From a virus: a DNA stretch of 64,000 nucleotides. Below are positions 10,019 to 20,989 of this stretch, piece after piece (position 1 is the first letter of the stretch; every line of letters begins with the position of its first letter). Where the stretch lies: IMG/VR virus record IMGVR_UViG_3300030099_006646, positions 32,001-96,000 of that record; one strand, written 5' to 3'. The position numbers and the translations under genes are program-made. The notes under the pieces were generated by a model that was not told the origin of the DNA, did no database searches, and was given only the letters and a program-made list of their open reading frames with translations.

Positions 10019-13000
10019 GTGCCAATAAAAGATTTATTTAATGATATCAATAGAATAGGCACTACTACAACTTCTTCTGTACCGAGTCATGCTAAAGTTC
10101 AAGAAGAAATAGAATCCATATCCTATGCATATGAAGTTCAAAGAGATAAAGATAGATTCATACCTCATGTAGATTACTCTAAACCAGAAAATTTTGCTAA
10201 ATATGGATCTGCCGAAGAGTATTATAAAGTTGCCATCGAATCGATCTACAATTACTATCCTTATGATGGCTCCTTGAAAGAGAAAGAAGAATGGTATAAT
10301 AATGCCACTTACTTTGAGACTTTTATTTTTGATAAAGAATATCCAAGGACTAATGGATATGCACTACTATCAGCAGATGGATGGGGGACACAAGCGTCAA
10401 CGAACAGTGGCTACGGTCTTCCAAATGATCTAGAATACATCTCTTTCAAAAGTGGACCTAATAAGAAGAATATTTGGGACGAAGGGAAAAAAAGAGAAGA
10501 AAATCTAAAGTTTGCATTATCTGGCGGAGTAACCATAGAATTTTGGCTAAAGAAAGACGCTTACGCTACCGCCCTTACAAACAGAGAAGTTATTTTCGAT
10601 TTATGGAATAGCAAACACAGCAATGAGCATGATTATGGTCGTTTAAGAATTGAACTGTCTGGCACATCCCCAGGTCCAGTTTTTAGATTAACAGCTCTTT
10701 CAGGTGCAACGGGTTTCCACAATGCTCCCATCGGTACAACCGTAACGCCGTCTACTGTCGCAAGTTCCGAATGGTCTCATTATGCCTTTACTATACAAAA
10801 CACAGGCTCAACAATCGCCGTGGAAATGTACAGAAACGGCGCGTATGTCGAAACAGTGCTAACTGGTTCAGGAATTGATCATGTCACAGGTTCTATATAT
10901 GCCTATATTGGCGCAAATACAACACCACCTAAGTATACTTTAGCAGCTACAGGCTCAGGTAAGCTATCTGGCTCTATTGATGACTTTAGATACTGGAAAA
11001 CCAAAAGAAGCGCAAGAGACATTGGAAGATATTATATCTCACAGGTCGGCGGCGGCACGAACACAGATGATGCCAATGTAGATTTAGGATTATATTTCAA
11101 GTTTAATGAAGGTATATCGAACATAGCCAATATTGATAGCACTGTACTTGATTACTCTGGTCGTCTAAGTAATGGATCTTGGACCGGATACGACGCCCAT
11201 TCTAGAAATACTGGCTCTGCAATGGTTTCATCCGGCAAAGCAGATTTTGAGTTTAAAGATCCAATTATTTATAGTTCACATCCAGATGTAGTTGCTTTCA
11301 AAGAACTAAAAACAACACTAGGCGAGCGACACGATATACAAAACTTTTCTTCAATGTATAAGAGTATACCAGCTTGGATAGTTGAAGATGACGAAGAGTC
11401 AGGGCAAGAATTAAAAAAACTAACTCAAATAATGTCCAGTTATTTTGATGAACTACACAATCAAATTGAAAATCTACCATCTTTGAAAAACATACAATAC
11501 CCTTCAGGCAGTGTTTTAACTGGTAGTTTTAAGCCCTACCCATTCTCAAAAAGACTTTTAACCTCTCACGGACTCGATGTTCCTGAGTTGTTTGTTGATA
11601 CAAGCATTATTGAAAACTTTCTCTCTCGCGATGAAGAAAAGAAATTTGAAGATAAAATCTACAATACTAAAAATCTAATATATCAAAATATCTATAACAA
11701 TCTTTTGTTTATCCTAAAATCGAAAGGAACTGAAAAATCTATAAACAATCTTATTAGAGCGTTTGGTGCCAACGAAGATATCATTAATGTAAATGTTTAC
11801 GGCAAGGAAACTGACTATGAGTTTAGAAAAAATGTCAAGTATAAATCAATAAGAAAAAAGCTTATCGATTTTGACAAGCCGGATAGAAACTTAGCCACAA
11901 TATACAATTACAAATCAGGATCAGGCACTACTTCATATATTTCAGGTTCAGACCCAGGCGGTCTGTACGTGGCGAACACTGTAGAGGCAGAAATCGTATT
12001 TCCAAGAAAAGTAGAGGAAGGTATTGATGGGTATTATAGCTTTCCAAACCTAACTTCTTCTTTGTTCGGACAACACACCGCAGATACTTCTCTGCCTGAA
12101 AATAATCTAGGATGGAATGTGCTGGATCACGCCGGTTTCCAAGTTTATGCTGTTAGGAATAAACATAATTCAAAAGATGCTTATTTTGTCTTAACTGGCT
12201 CTCTTATCTCTCCTATGGTAACAAATGTTTACAAAGATGTATACGATGAGGAGAAGTGGAATTTTGCTGTTAGGATTAGACCTTCTTCTTCTTTTGGTAA
12301 TCTTGTATCAGATGGAGGTTCTCTTGGCTATAGAGTTGAGTTTTATGGAGTAAACCAGAGGCTTGGAAATATTGAAAATGAGTTTATCTTATCTTCATCC
12401 ATGTCAGTTGATAATGGTAAAAGCTTCTTAAGTTCTTCAAAGAGAGTATACGCGGGCGCTCATAGGACTAATTTTTCTGGAAGCTTATTAGACTTGACTG
12501 ATATAAAGCTATCTTATTTAAGATTCTGGATGGATGATATAAAAGATCACACTATTAAAGATCATGCGATTGGTATGTACTCATATGGTCCGAGTAACCC
12601 TTACAAAAATTCTGCTGTAACCGATACAAGCCTTGGGCAAGTAGAAATACCGGAACTTGAAACCTTAGCACTTAATTGGGATTTTAAAAATGTCTCATCT
12701 TCCGCAGATTCAAGTGGGATTATTTTTGTTGATGATTTTTCTTCTGGTTCTAGTGATTTAATTAATCGCTATGGCTGGATTGGAAATATTACAAAACAAC
12801 TTTATACTGCACGAGTTGATAAACTAAATGCCAATGAAAACAATGTTGGAATAACAGATTTTATTCTTACAACTCAAAACAGATTACCAGAAGAGTTTAT
12901 TAGCTCTGATATGATTTCAATTGGTGAAGACAGTGATCAGATCTTTACTAAAGATACAAGACCTGTTGATTACTTTTTCTCTATTGAAAACAGTATGTAT

Positions 13001-15430
13001 AGAGTTATCTCAGAGGAGATAATCAATATCTTTTCTTCTATAATCGATTTTAATAATCTTGTCGGAGAGCCGGTCAATAGATATAGAAAAGAATACAAAG
13101 ACTTAGGCAAACTTAGACAGCTTTTCTTTGAAAGAGTAGAAAACAAGCCAGATATTGAAAGATATTTAGATTACTTTAAACATGTTGATTCTTTTATCCA
13201 GGAGATGCTAGAACAACTCATCCCAGCTTCTTCTAATGTATCTGATTCGGTCTTAAACATGGTTGAAAGTCATGTCTTAGAAAGAAATAAATATGATCAT
13301 AAATTCCCAACACTTGAGAGCAAGCAACCAGACCCTATAACTACTATACAAGGTATAAATGAACTTCTCTACAACTGGAAGTTTGGTCACGCTCCAATAA
13401 CCAACAAGCAGGGTGATAACTGCACTTACTGGCATGAACTTGCTGAAAGAGCAGGTTCTGTTATTACGTCTGGAGATGCAACAGTAGATTCTCAAAGAGA
13501 GACAATAAAAACAGTTGTAAACACAGAAGTATCTGGCTCAACCTATGCGACAAGAAAGCTTGGAAAGAGTTATCGTTTTGCTACAAAACTATCTAACGAC
13601 ATTGAAGGCGGATCTAATATAAAATCGAATAACCTGTTTAACTTCCACAGACAAGCTATTAAGTTTAATAGCAGTCAGGACTTTATTAAGTTTCCTTTTT
13701 CAGAGATTCAGTCAAATAAAAACTGTGATGAAGATAGAACCCCAGAAGAACTTAGAAAAAGAAATGTAATATTAAAAGCAACTACAACTTCTAAAGGCGA
13801 AGCAATAGATGCGAATGATTATCAAGATGGAAAAGCCAACCTTCTTCTTCCTTTTACAATTTTCTCTTCTTCAGTAAACACGGGGTATCTTGGGTATTTA
13901 CAGACTGGCGCAAGTGCCTCTTTTGAAAACATGCATAGAGATGTTGTAGGTAGAAATAATCAAAGACCGTTACAAGGACCATTTACTGAAAAATATGTCG
14001 GTGGATTGCAATACAGGCACGCCCCCTTAAACTATTCTGCCTCTGCTGTGACAAACCCCGGCAGCACCGCAAGATCTTTAGATACTCCCTCTACAAGACC
14101 CGAGGGTTGGTATCTTAAAATTCCAATCACCGAGGGCTCTAGTTTAAGCCTCTTGAGCGAATCTTTTAGTGGAACTGACCCTGTGGGCTGGACTAATGTT
14201 GGAAGTACCGCTACAGGACCTTCTGGGTGGATTCTAACGCATTCTGGTCCAACCCCTTCGGCAGGAACTGGTCCAAACTCTGCTTTTGATGGAACTCATT
14301 ACGCTTATGCTGAGACATCGACACCAAACCACCCCGGCGCACTCTTTGGACTTGTGACTCCAAAACTTGATGCAGATGATGTTGCAGTTACTGACTTTAG
14401 TGCTTCTTTCTATTACCATATGCATGGTGTAAATGTTGGTAACTTAAAAGTTCAGCATTCTCAAGATCCTACGTTTGGCGGAGGTATCACTGATTTATCT
14501 GTTGTTTGGGATTTTGTAGGCGACCCTACAACTGCAAATACTTTTATTGCTGGGCAACAACAAGCTAACGCTAGTGATGCTTACATTAAAGCTCAAATAG
14601 ATTTATCATCTTACGCAGGAACAGAATTTTATCTCCGATTCCTCTACCAAGGTGGTATTACATATCTTTCTGATGTTGCTATTGATGCGATTGAGGTTTC
14701 TGGTACTGCTGCTGGATCTATGTTTAAGCTTTTGGACCCGGCTTACGACAGCTTCACTGCAATGCGTGCTGTTTATTACCGTGATGAGGTGGCAAAAAGA
14801 CCTCTAAATATTAGAAACATTAAGATGACATCATCTTCTCCCACTATTATTGGAAACTACTCTAACAATTATGAAGTTGTAAACACTTCAGGGCGTAATA
14901 TTAACAACATCTGGTTTGTACAAAACAGCGGCAATGTTGCGTCGATCACTGCCGAGTCAGTGTTTATTTCTTCGTCTTTTGATTACGCATTAGCTAATAG
15001 AGATACACTTCAAGATGGAAGCAGAAACAAAACCGTTATTGTGGAAAGGTTTTCTGCTCCTGGTGGCGCAGAAGTGATGAGTCGCGGCTTTTTAGATGTT
15101 GCTTCTGAAACTTACTCTGTATACAACTGCCTTAACTACAGGAATTCAACTGTACGAAATAACTTAAATCTTTGGAATAAACATCATAGTATATTTGGAG
15201 GGACAAGTAGTTTTGGAACACCTCAAACAACTGGTTCTTATCACAAGGTACAAAGAAACACAGGAAAGAGAATTGAATGGGAAGGCGGCGTAGCTTTAAC
15301 TGGATCTGAGTCCATAATGAACGTCATAACAGCTTCTTATTATGATAATGGCTTTATAACTCATCAAATACCGCAAACTGACTCTGCATATTCTTGGATT
15401 ACAGGCTCCATTATACAATCCGTAATTTAG
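10019..15430 (+). CDS. Large baseplate wedge protein (gp7/P2 gpI-like core) with LamG and MAM domains
   Basis: ILKSKGTEKSINNLIRAFG (gpI/gp7-type KGT motif); LamG motifs TIEFWLK, WSHYAFT, GSIDDFRYW; MAM-like segment at about 14155-14705; GTG start. Confidence 0.65.
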   Translation: MPIKDLFNDINRIGTTTTSSVPSHAKVQEEIESISYAYEVQRDKDRFIPHVDYSKPENFAKYGSAEEYYKVAIESIYNYYPYDGSLKEKEEWYNNATYFETFIFDKEYPRTNGYALLSADGWGTQASTNSGYGLPNDLEYISFKSGPNKKNIWDEGKKREENLKFALSGGVTIEFWLKKDAYATALTNREVIFDLWNSKHSNEHDYGRLRIELSGTSPGPVFRLTALSGATGFHNAPIGTTVTPSTVASSEWSHYAFTIQNTGSTIAVEMYRNGAYVETVLTGSGIDHVTGSIYAYIGANTTPPKYTLAATGSGKLSGSIDDFRYWKTKRSARDIGRYYISQVGGGTNTDDANVDLGLYFKFNEGISNIANIDSTVLDYSGRLSNGSWTGYDAHSRNTGSAMVSSGKADFEFKDPIIYSSHPDVVAFKELKTTLGERHDIQNFSSMYKSIPAWIVEDDEESGQELKKLTQIMSSYFDELHNQIENLPSLKNIQYPSGSVLTGSFKPYPFSKRLLTSHGLDVPELFVDTSIIENFLSRDEEKKFEDKIYNTKNLIYQNIYNNLLFILKSKGTEKSINNLIRAFGANEDIINVNVYGKETDYEFRKNVKYKSIRKKLIDFDKPDRNLATIYNYKSGSGTTSYISGSDPGGLYVANTVEAEIVFPRKVEEGIDGYYSFPNLTSSLFGQHTADTSLPENNLGWNVLDHAGFQVYAVRNKHNSKDAYFVLTGSLISPMVTNVYKDVYDEEKWNFAVRIRPSSSFGNLVSDGGSLGYRVEFYGVNQRLGNIENEFILSSSMSVDNGKSFLSSSKRVYAGAHRTNFSGSLLDLTDIKLSYLRFWMDDIKDHTIKDHAIGMYSYGPSNPYKNSAVTDTSLGQVEIPELETLALNWDFKNVSSSADSSGIIFVDDFSSGSSDLINRYGWIGNITKQLYTARVDKLNANENNVGITDFILTTQNRLPEEFISSDMISIGEDSDQIFTKDTRPVDYFFSIENSMYRVISEEIINIFSSIIDFNNLVGEPVNRYRKEYKDLGKLRQLFFERVENKPDIERYLDYFKHVDSFIQEMLEQLIPASSNVSDSVLNMVESHVLERNKYDHKFPTLESKQPDPITTIQGINELLYNWKFGHAPITNKQGDNCTYWHELAERAGSVITSGDATVDSQRETIKTVVNTEVSGSTYATRKLGKSYRFATKLSNDIEGGSNIKSNNLFNFHRQAIKFNSSQDFIKFPFSEIQSNKNCDEDRTPEELRKRNVILKATTTSKGEAIDANDYQDGKANLLLPFTIFSSSVNTGYLGYLQTGASASFENMHRDVVGRNNQRPLQGPFTEKYVGGLQYRHAPLNYSASAVTNPGSTARSLDTPSTRPEGWYLKIPITEGSSLSLLSESFSGTDPVGWTNVGSTATGPSGWILTHSGPTPSAGTGPNSAFDGTHYAYAETSTPNHPGALFGLVTPKLDADDVAVTDFSASFYYHMHGVNVGNLKVQHSQDPTFGGGITDLSVVWDFVGDPTTANTFIAGQQQANASDAYIKAQIDLSSYAGTEFYLRFLYQGGITYLSDVAIDAIEVSGTAAGSMFKLLDPAYDSFTAMRAVYYRDEVAKRPLNIRNIKMTSSSPTIIGNYSNNYEVVNTSGRNINNIWFVQNSGNVASITAESVFISSSFDYALANRDTLQDGSRNKTVIVERFSAPGGAEVMSRGFLDVASETYSVYNCLNYRNSTVRNNLNLWNKHHSIFGGTSSFGTPQTTGSYHKVQRNTGKRIEWEGGVALTGSESIMNVITASYYDNGFITHQIPQTDSAYSWITGSIIQSVI

Positions 15431-15454
15431 TGAAAACAACTATTTAGACATAAG

Positions 15455-18400
15455 ATGAACGACGAGAATTTAACATTTGTAAGTGCAAGTAACTTTGGAA
15501 GCTATATGGCTTCTTCGAGCGTCAACGCAACTGCACATAGAGTATGGGGCGCTACTTATGAAGATAAAGCAAACTCAGGATTTGTCCCAACTAATTTTGT
15601 AGGAATCAATGCAAATATCCAAGAGGCTGTCTCTTCTTCCTTTAATACTTTAGGATATCCTGCGTCTGTCCCTGTCATACTCCAAGCACAACAAGGGGCT
15701 GTAAGCTTTGTAAGCGGCAGTGATCAATATTTTGATGCAGGTAATCAAACAGCGTTTAGCTTTGGTAACGGCTCGCAAGATAGTGTTTTTTCTGTTAATT
15801 TTTGGATTAAGTGTGATGACCTTACAAGCGGAGCATATCAATACATTGCTGCTAAAAGTGAACAATCGCCGTCCAATTACGAATATGAGATTTATATTCA
15901 GAACTCACCAGCAGGAACTCTTAAGGTTAGATTATATGATGATAGCGCAGGAAGCTATATTCAGGCGTACACCACCAACAGCTTGAGCGCTTACGAAGGA
16001 GAGTTCTTCCATGTAACAATCACATATAACGCCAACGAGTCGGCATCAGGTATAAAAATTTATATTAATGGCGTATCAGTTAGTACTACCGGAGCCAGTT
16101 CGGGCACTTATACTGCAATGGAAGTCACCGACGCCAAATTAAATCTTGCAAGAGGGCGCGAAAACAATAGTAACGAATTCCAAGGCAAGCTGGCTAATTT
16201 TATGCTTTGGAGTAGAGAGTTGTCTGCGGACGATGCACTATCTCTATATAATAATGGATGCCCCACTCTGGCAAATAATGGTGTAGGTATATCTAATACC
16301 GGCTTGGTTGCCTGGTACAAGTTGGACGACTTAAGTGGTGCCGATAGCTCGGGCAATAACTATAATGGATCTTTTCCTAATAGCGCTACAGTAAGCAATA
16401 GAATGGTTTCTTTTGATTGTTATTCTCCACACACATCAAGCTATATTAATTCAGCGTTTATTCAACGAGCTGCGGACCCTAACAGTCCTTCTTATATTGA
16501 AGGTGGGCAAGTATTAAACGCCCTTATCCTCCACCGTCAAGGTCCTTATGGTTGGCCAAGTTGGAAACAAGTCCGCGTAGGAAACCACCCAGTAAATCGA
16601 GTTCACAGAAAAAACAATATATTCTCTTATGTTGAAAAAAGCTCTTTACAATCAACAGGTTATATATTTTCATATGGAACTCCCCCTTTCCCGTTTGTAT
16701 TCGCAGAAGATCCAGTTGGCTTTAATCTTACTGAATCTTGTGTATCTAGCAAACATAGACCAATACAGCACTCGTTTGTTGTAAAACAAAATGGCGAGCT
16801 AGTAAATTTAAATCTTAAGCATTCTTATGGAAATCTTGAAGAGCATTATACAAATGAGAAGATCAATATAAGGTTGAAGTTTAATGGAGATTTCCCAGAG
16901 CAGTTCACAAAAATCTATGATGATCTTAAAGAAATATACATCGATAAGAAATTTACTTATGATTTTGATGACGTTGCTCAGAACTTTGCCGAAGCCTTAA
17001 CCGAAGAAGAAGAAAAAGAAAACCCTTACGGAATGGATGTTCCTTTTAAAAAATGGGTCAACATGACTTATACCGAATGTGTATTTCCAAAGCAACAAAA
17101 CACTTTCCTTGCAAAAGCAAGAAAAAGAACCCAATATGCGGAAGTTTCAGGTTTAGGTTCAAATGGTTATGATAGAAGAGATTTTAGAACTTTCTGGAAA
17201 GATGATTTAAATGATAGAGCCATCCGTACAAATACTGTGTCTTTAAACTCTCAAGGCTTCCCAACAGCCTTTGTACAAAGCCTCTGGTCTTTAGATACGG
17301 GTGGTACAGAGCCATTTCACGCCGCCGTTCTTAACAAAAATAGCTCATCATTTGGAGAGCTTTTAGTTGCCAGAACACCCTTGAAAGGACCTGGCGGACC
17401 TATGGCTGCTGGAGGTTTTTACGACACAACTGCGTCTCTCTCTTTATACAGGTTTCAAGGCGGAGGAACTCCAACTCCACCCGATAGGTTTCTTTATGGC
17501 ATACCTTTATATGCCACTGATCAGATATCAGGAAAGAAACCTTTTTTCAACTCCTATGAAGATTTCGCGGAAGACATCAGAGGTATAGGCAAAGATTACT
17601 CTATCTTACCAGAGTTTCGTATTTCTGACCACATGGATTATTATGTAAGACAGAAAGAAGGAAATTTTTTGGCTAGAAACGATGCTTTTCTTTCTATGAT
17701 TGGGGGAAACATTACATCTAGCGCAGATCAAGAAGAGTCTACAACAGGAGGTAGGAATACTATTAATGTTCCATCGACCAGACCTCCAGGTATTGATGAA
17801 AATTTCTTTATTGAATACTCGCATTCTGATTTTCTCAAATATTTTCAAAAAGTTGCTGACGATCATCAAGAAGAAGGCGAAGTTAAAAGCTATACATTTT
17901 CAATGAAAGGAATAAAAAAGCTTCTTCCATATAAAGGATTTTATCCACATCAAAGAACACTCCAGCTAGGAACTATTTTGTCTCAATCGTATGGTTCTGT
18001 ATTATCTGGTTCACACGTAAGAGATGCCTCTATGGTTCCACCGCAAGCGACCGAGACAGCAATTTTAAATTCTTTTTTAAGACCGCTTGCAGCCCCTGGT
18101 ATAATGTTTAACTCTATTAAATCATCTTTGGCAGTTGATTATCCTGTTTTTACAGGTTCAGTAGGCATAACCGTCTCCACAGATAGTACTTTTTCTCTTA
18201 AATACATTAGCAGTGCCCCTAACTTCCGATTGCCATTCGAAACAATAATCCAGCCCGATACTTATATACCGACAGTAAAAAAAGCAGAACTAGATGCAGG
18301 CACTTTTATACAGAAATCTATCATTATGGACGAACCCATCGGCGGCGCAGGAACACTATTTTCTTTTGCAAAAACTGGACTAGGCGCTCCTTTATATTCT

Positions 18401-19945
18401 CTTGCGGCTAATAACTTTTTTGGTGAAATACCTAGATTTTTCTTAAAAGATGAAAAATTTACTGATTTCATATCTAAACCACAAGGGCAGTTTAAATCAG
18501 TTGAGGCAGGAAAATCTTATTACATGGATGTAGTTGTTAGAAAAACTAGTGATATGGTCTTGTCCGAGGGACAAGCCCTTCTTGGTGCCGGTGATTATAA
18601 TTTTAGCCAAACAAAAGGAGCTTATTATGGACCACCTTTGTCTTCTTCTGTAGCGGGCAACGTCGGCTCTAATGTCAGAGATCCAGCTTACGCACCTTAC
18701 ACTCCTCCATATTTTTATGAAGATTCTATAGCAAGAATTAAATACACTCCAACAACCTCTGGTCAACCGACACTAAGCGATATTCTATCAAATTCAGAAA
18801 TTAATACTGAGTATACAGGCTCTTCTGTTATACTTGGATTTAACGATATTGCATCAAAAGCAAAAATGACCATATCCGCTTCTGTTAATCTATTTGGAAG
18901 ATCTCGCTACAAAAAAGTTAACTACTCAACAAACATAGGTCCAGATGGCAATTACATACCCACTAGCATAGAAGACACAGACGCCTTTTCTTTCGACGCA
19001 TGGTCTATTGGAACGAAATTTGAATGTCCTGCTTTAAACTTTTCTGCTTCTACTGATTTCCATAGCGCATCTACAGGTAAAGGTTTATGGGCTGGATACG
19101 GGTCCTTACCAACCGGCTCCACAGGACTCTGGCTTGAGCTTAAAGAAAGCTTTGCATTTAGGAGTTCTGTCTCAGATGTTGATGCTACCTTGACAGGATC
19201 TTTAATAGACATTTGCGGCTTCCAAACAAATCAAAAGCGTATTGGAAGACCAGCCCATAAAAAAGTCATTTCTGAAGCTATTATTGCTATTCCGTTTACC
19301 TACGAAACACATAAACCAGGCAACGCAACAACCTTAAAGTACCCTGAGACCGATAAAAGATTCTTTAGGATACCAATAGGAACCTACAATCAAGCTTTAA
19401 AACAAAGCCAAGAGGGAGTACCTCCCGAAGAAGCGGTCCTTGGTGCTGGACAGACTTCTGCCGAATCTATTGTCAATATGATCAATAAGATGCAGAAATA
19501 TAACTTACCTCCTCAGTTTGATTTCCTTACATTCCCAGACCTTAAGCCTTTTGTTATGTATATTTTTGAGTTTGAGCATTCTTTAACCCAGCAAGACCTA
19601 ACAGATATCTGGCAAGGTTTGATGCCGGAAATATCCAGAACGGCTCAAGAAGATGAAGTTATTGTTTCTCATAAAGCAGGGCATACAGAGTTCTTTGGAG
19701 GAAAAAGATTACCAAACACAACTCGGTGGATGCTATTTAAAGTCAAGAGAAAGGCTGAAAAAAGCTACTTTGCAGTAACAGCAGATGCAGAAGACGATCA
19801 AAGGTTTAAGTTTAAGTTTGGCAACGAAGAAAAAGCCCCAGAATATAGTTATAACTGGCCATATGACTTTTTCTCACTTGTCGAATTGGCTAAAATGGAA
19901 GTAGATATAGAGTTTGGACCAAAAAAGAAGGCATTTGAAGACTAA
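15455..19945 (+). CDS. Large baseplate/fibre-associated protein with LamG domain
   Basis: FSVNFWIK, FFHVTITY, KIYING, FQGKLANFMLWSRELS, GLVAWYKLDD near the N-terminus. Confidence 0.6.
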   Translation: MNDENLTFVSASNFGSYMASSSVNATAHRVWGATYEDKANSGFVPTNFVGINANIQEAVSSSFNTLGYPASVPVILQAQQGAVSFVSGSDQYFDAGNQTAFSFGNGSQDSVFSVNFWIKCDDLTSGAYQYIAAKSEQSPSNYEYEIYIQNSPAGTLKVRLYDDSAGSYIQAYTTNSLSAYEGEFFHVTITYNANESASGIKIYINGVSVSTTGASSGTYTAMEVTDAKLNLARGRENNSNEFQGKLANFMLWSRELSADDALSLYNNGCPTLANNGVGISNTGLVAWYKLDDLSGADSSGNNYNGSFPNSATVSNRMVSFDCYSPHTSSYINSAFIQRAADPNSPSYIEGGQVLNALILHRQGPYGWPSWKQVRVGNHPVNRVHRKNNIFSYVEKSSLQSTGYIFSYGTPPFPFVFAEDPVGFNLTESCVSSKHRPIQHSFVVKQNGELVNLNLKHSYGNLEEHYTNEKINIRLKFNGDFPEQFTKIYDDLKEIYIDKKFTYDFDDVAQNFAEALTEEEEKENPYGMDVPFKKWVNMTYTECVFPKQQNTFLAKARKRTQYAEVSGLGSNGYDRRDFRTFWKDDLNDRAIRTNTVSLNSQGFPTAFVQSLWSLDTGGTEPFHAAVLNKNSSSFGELLVARTPLKGPGGPMAAGGFYDTTASLSLYRFQGGGTPTPPDRFLYGIPLYATDQISGKKPFFNSYEDFAEDIRGIGKDYSILPEFRISDHMDYYVRQKEGNFLARNDAFLSMIGGNITSSADQEESTTGGRNTINVPSTRPPGIDENFFIEYSHSDFLKYFQKVADDHQEEGEVKSYTFSMKGIKKLLPYKGFYPHQRTLQLGTILSQSYGSVLSGSHVRDASMVPPQATETAILNSFLRPLAAPGIMFNSIKSSLAVDYPVFTGSVGITVSTDSTFSLKYISSAPNFRLPFETIIQPDTYIPTVKKAELDAGTFIQKSIIMDEPIGGAGTLFSFAKTGLGAPLYSLAANNFFGEIPRFFLKDEKFTDFISKPQGQFKSVEAGKSYYMDVVVRKTSDMVLSEGQALLGAGDYNFSQTKGAYYGPPLSSSVAGNVGSNVRDPAYAPYTPPYFYEDSIARIKYTPTTSGQPTLSDILSNSEINTEYTGSSVILGFNDIASKAKMTISASVNLFGRSRYKKVNYSTNIGPDGNYIPTSIEDTDAFSFDAWSIGTKFECPALNFSASTDFHSASTGKGLWAGYGSLPTGSTGLWLELKESFAFRSSVSDVDATLTGSLIDICGFQTNQKRIGRPAHKKVISEAIIAIPFTYETHKPGNATTLKYPETDKRFFRIPIGTYNQALKQSQEGVPPEEAVLGAGQTSAESIVNMINKMQKYNLPPQFDFLTFPDLKPFVMYIFEFEHSLTQQDLTDIWQGLMPEISRTAQEDEVIVSHKAGHTEFFGGKRLPNTTRWMLFKVKRKAEKSYFAVTADAEDDQRFKFKFGNEEKAPEYSYNWPYDFFSLVELAKMEVDIEFGPKKKAFED

Positions 19946-20989
19946 ATGGAATTTTTCAATCAAAAAGAAGAAGTAATAGATATCAAGCTAACTCAATACG
20001 GCAAGAGATTGCTCGCCAAAGGTGAGTTTTCGCCAATGTATTACGCCTTTTTTGATAAAGATATTGTTTACAACTCTGAATTTGGTGGCTTTACCGAACC
20101 TCAAAACAATGCAGAAACAAGAATCAAAGAGGAAACCCCTCGATTAAAAGTTCAGCACAACTTTATTGGAGTTGAAACACAGTTTCATGAGCTGAAAGAG
20201 ATTATAAGAAAAGAAGAAAAATATACAGATGTCCATATTAAAGAGAAGTTGCAAGATATAGAAAATAAGTATTTTGCTTTAGATTCAGCAGTCGGTAATA
20301 CAAGAGTTGGAAGTTTGTACAATCCTGCATGGGAAGTTAAATTTTATAATCAAAACTTGTCTAGCTCTGCGAGCATGATAACAGGGTCTACTACTCCAAA
20401 CATAAAAATACCCCAACTAGAAGGCGAGTTAGAATTTGTAACATTTATGTCTAAAGATGCGAGTCTTGTTGAAGATGCAGTCACTGATTTTACGGTGGAA
20501 GTTCCAAGCGACCAGGAGGAACTTGAAGGCGCTCCGCTTGAGTTTGAAGACGGGTCTATCATAGCCTTGCAACAAGATTTTATGTTACTAGGTATAGATG
20601 AAAAGAACACTGAGTTCCTTCACGAAAACTTTGAAATAGAGGTTTTCATGGAAGAAACTATAACTGGAGATCAAGCCAGCACAGGAATGAACGATAACCA
20701 AAAAACAACAAAACTAATTCCACTTCAGTTTTACCCAGAAGATGAAGAAAAAAGAACAGAACTTCAAGAGAAAGGAATCTACCCTGACACGAACACTAAT
20801 TTTGTTGAATATTATTTTGATATATTAATAGATGACGCTATACCTACCACTATCTTGTGTCAGAATATTGGTGAAGATGAAAAGAAATCTATTTACGTTA
20901 GACAGATATTTACATGTGACGACGATGTAGATCCTAATGTTTACGCCGACATATACGAACAAGATGATATAGGGGAGCCTTGCGAATGA
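19946..20989 (+). CDS. Baseplate/tail-associated protein (N-terminus paralogous to 27326 ORF)
   Basis: DIKLTQYGKRLLAKG..F...YYAFFDKDIVY resembles the 27326 N-terminus. Confidence 0.55.
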   Translation: MEFFNQKEEVIDIKLTQYGKRLLAKGEFSPMYYAFFDKDIVYNSEFGGFTEPQNNAETRIKEETPRLKVQHNFIGVETQFHELKEIIRKEEKYTDVHIKEKLQDIENKYFALDSAVGNTRVGSLYNPAWEVKFYNQNLSSSASMITGSTTPNIKIPQLEGELEFVTFMSKDASLVEDAVTDFTVEVPSDQEELEGAPLEFEDGSIIALQQDFMLLGIDEKNTEFLHENFEIEVFMEETITGDQASTGMNDNQKTTKLIPLQFYPEDEEKRTELQEKGIYPDTNTNFVEYYFDILIDDAIPTTILCQNIGEDEKKSIYVRQIFTCDDDVDPNVYADIYEQDDIGEPCE

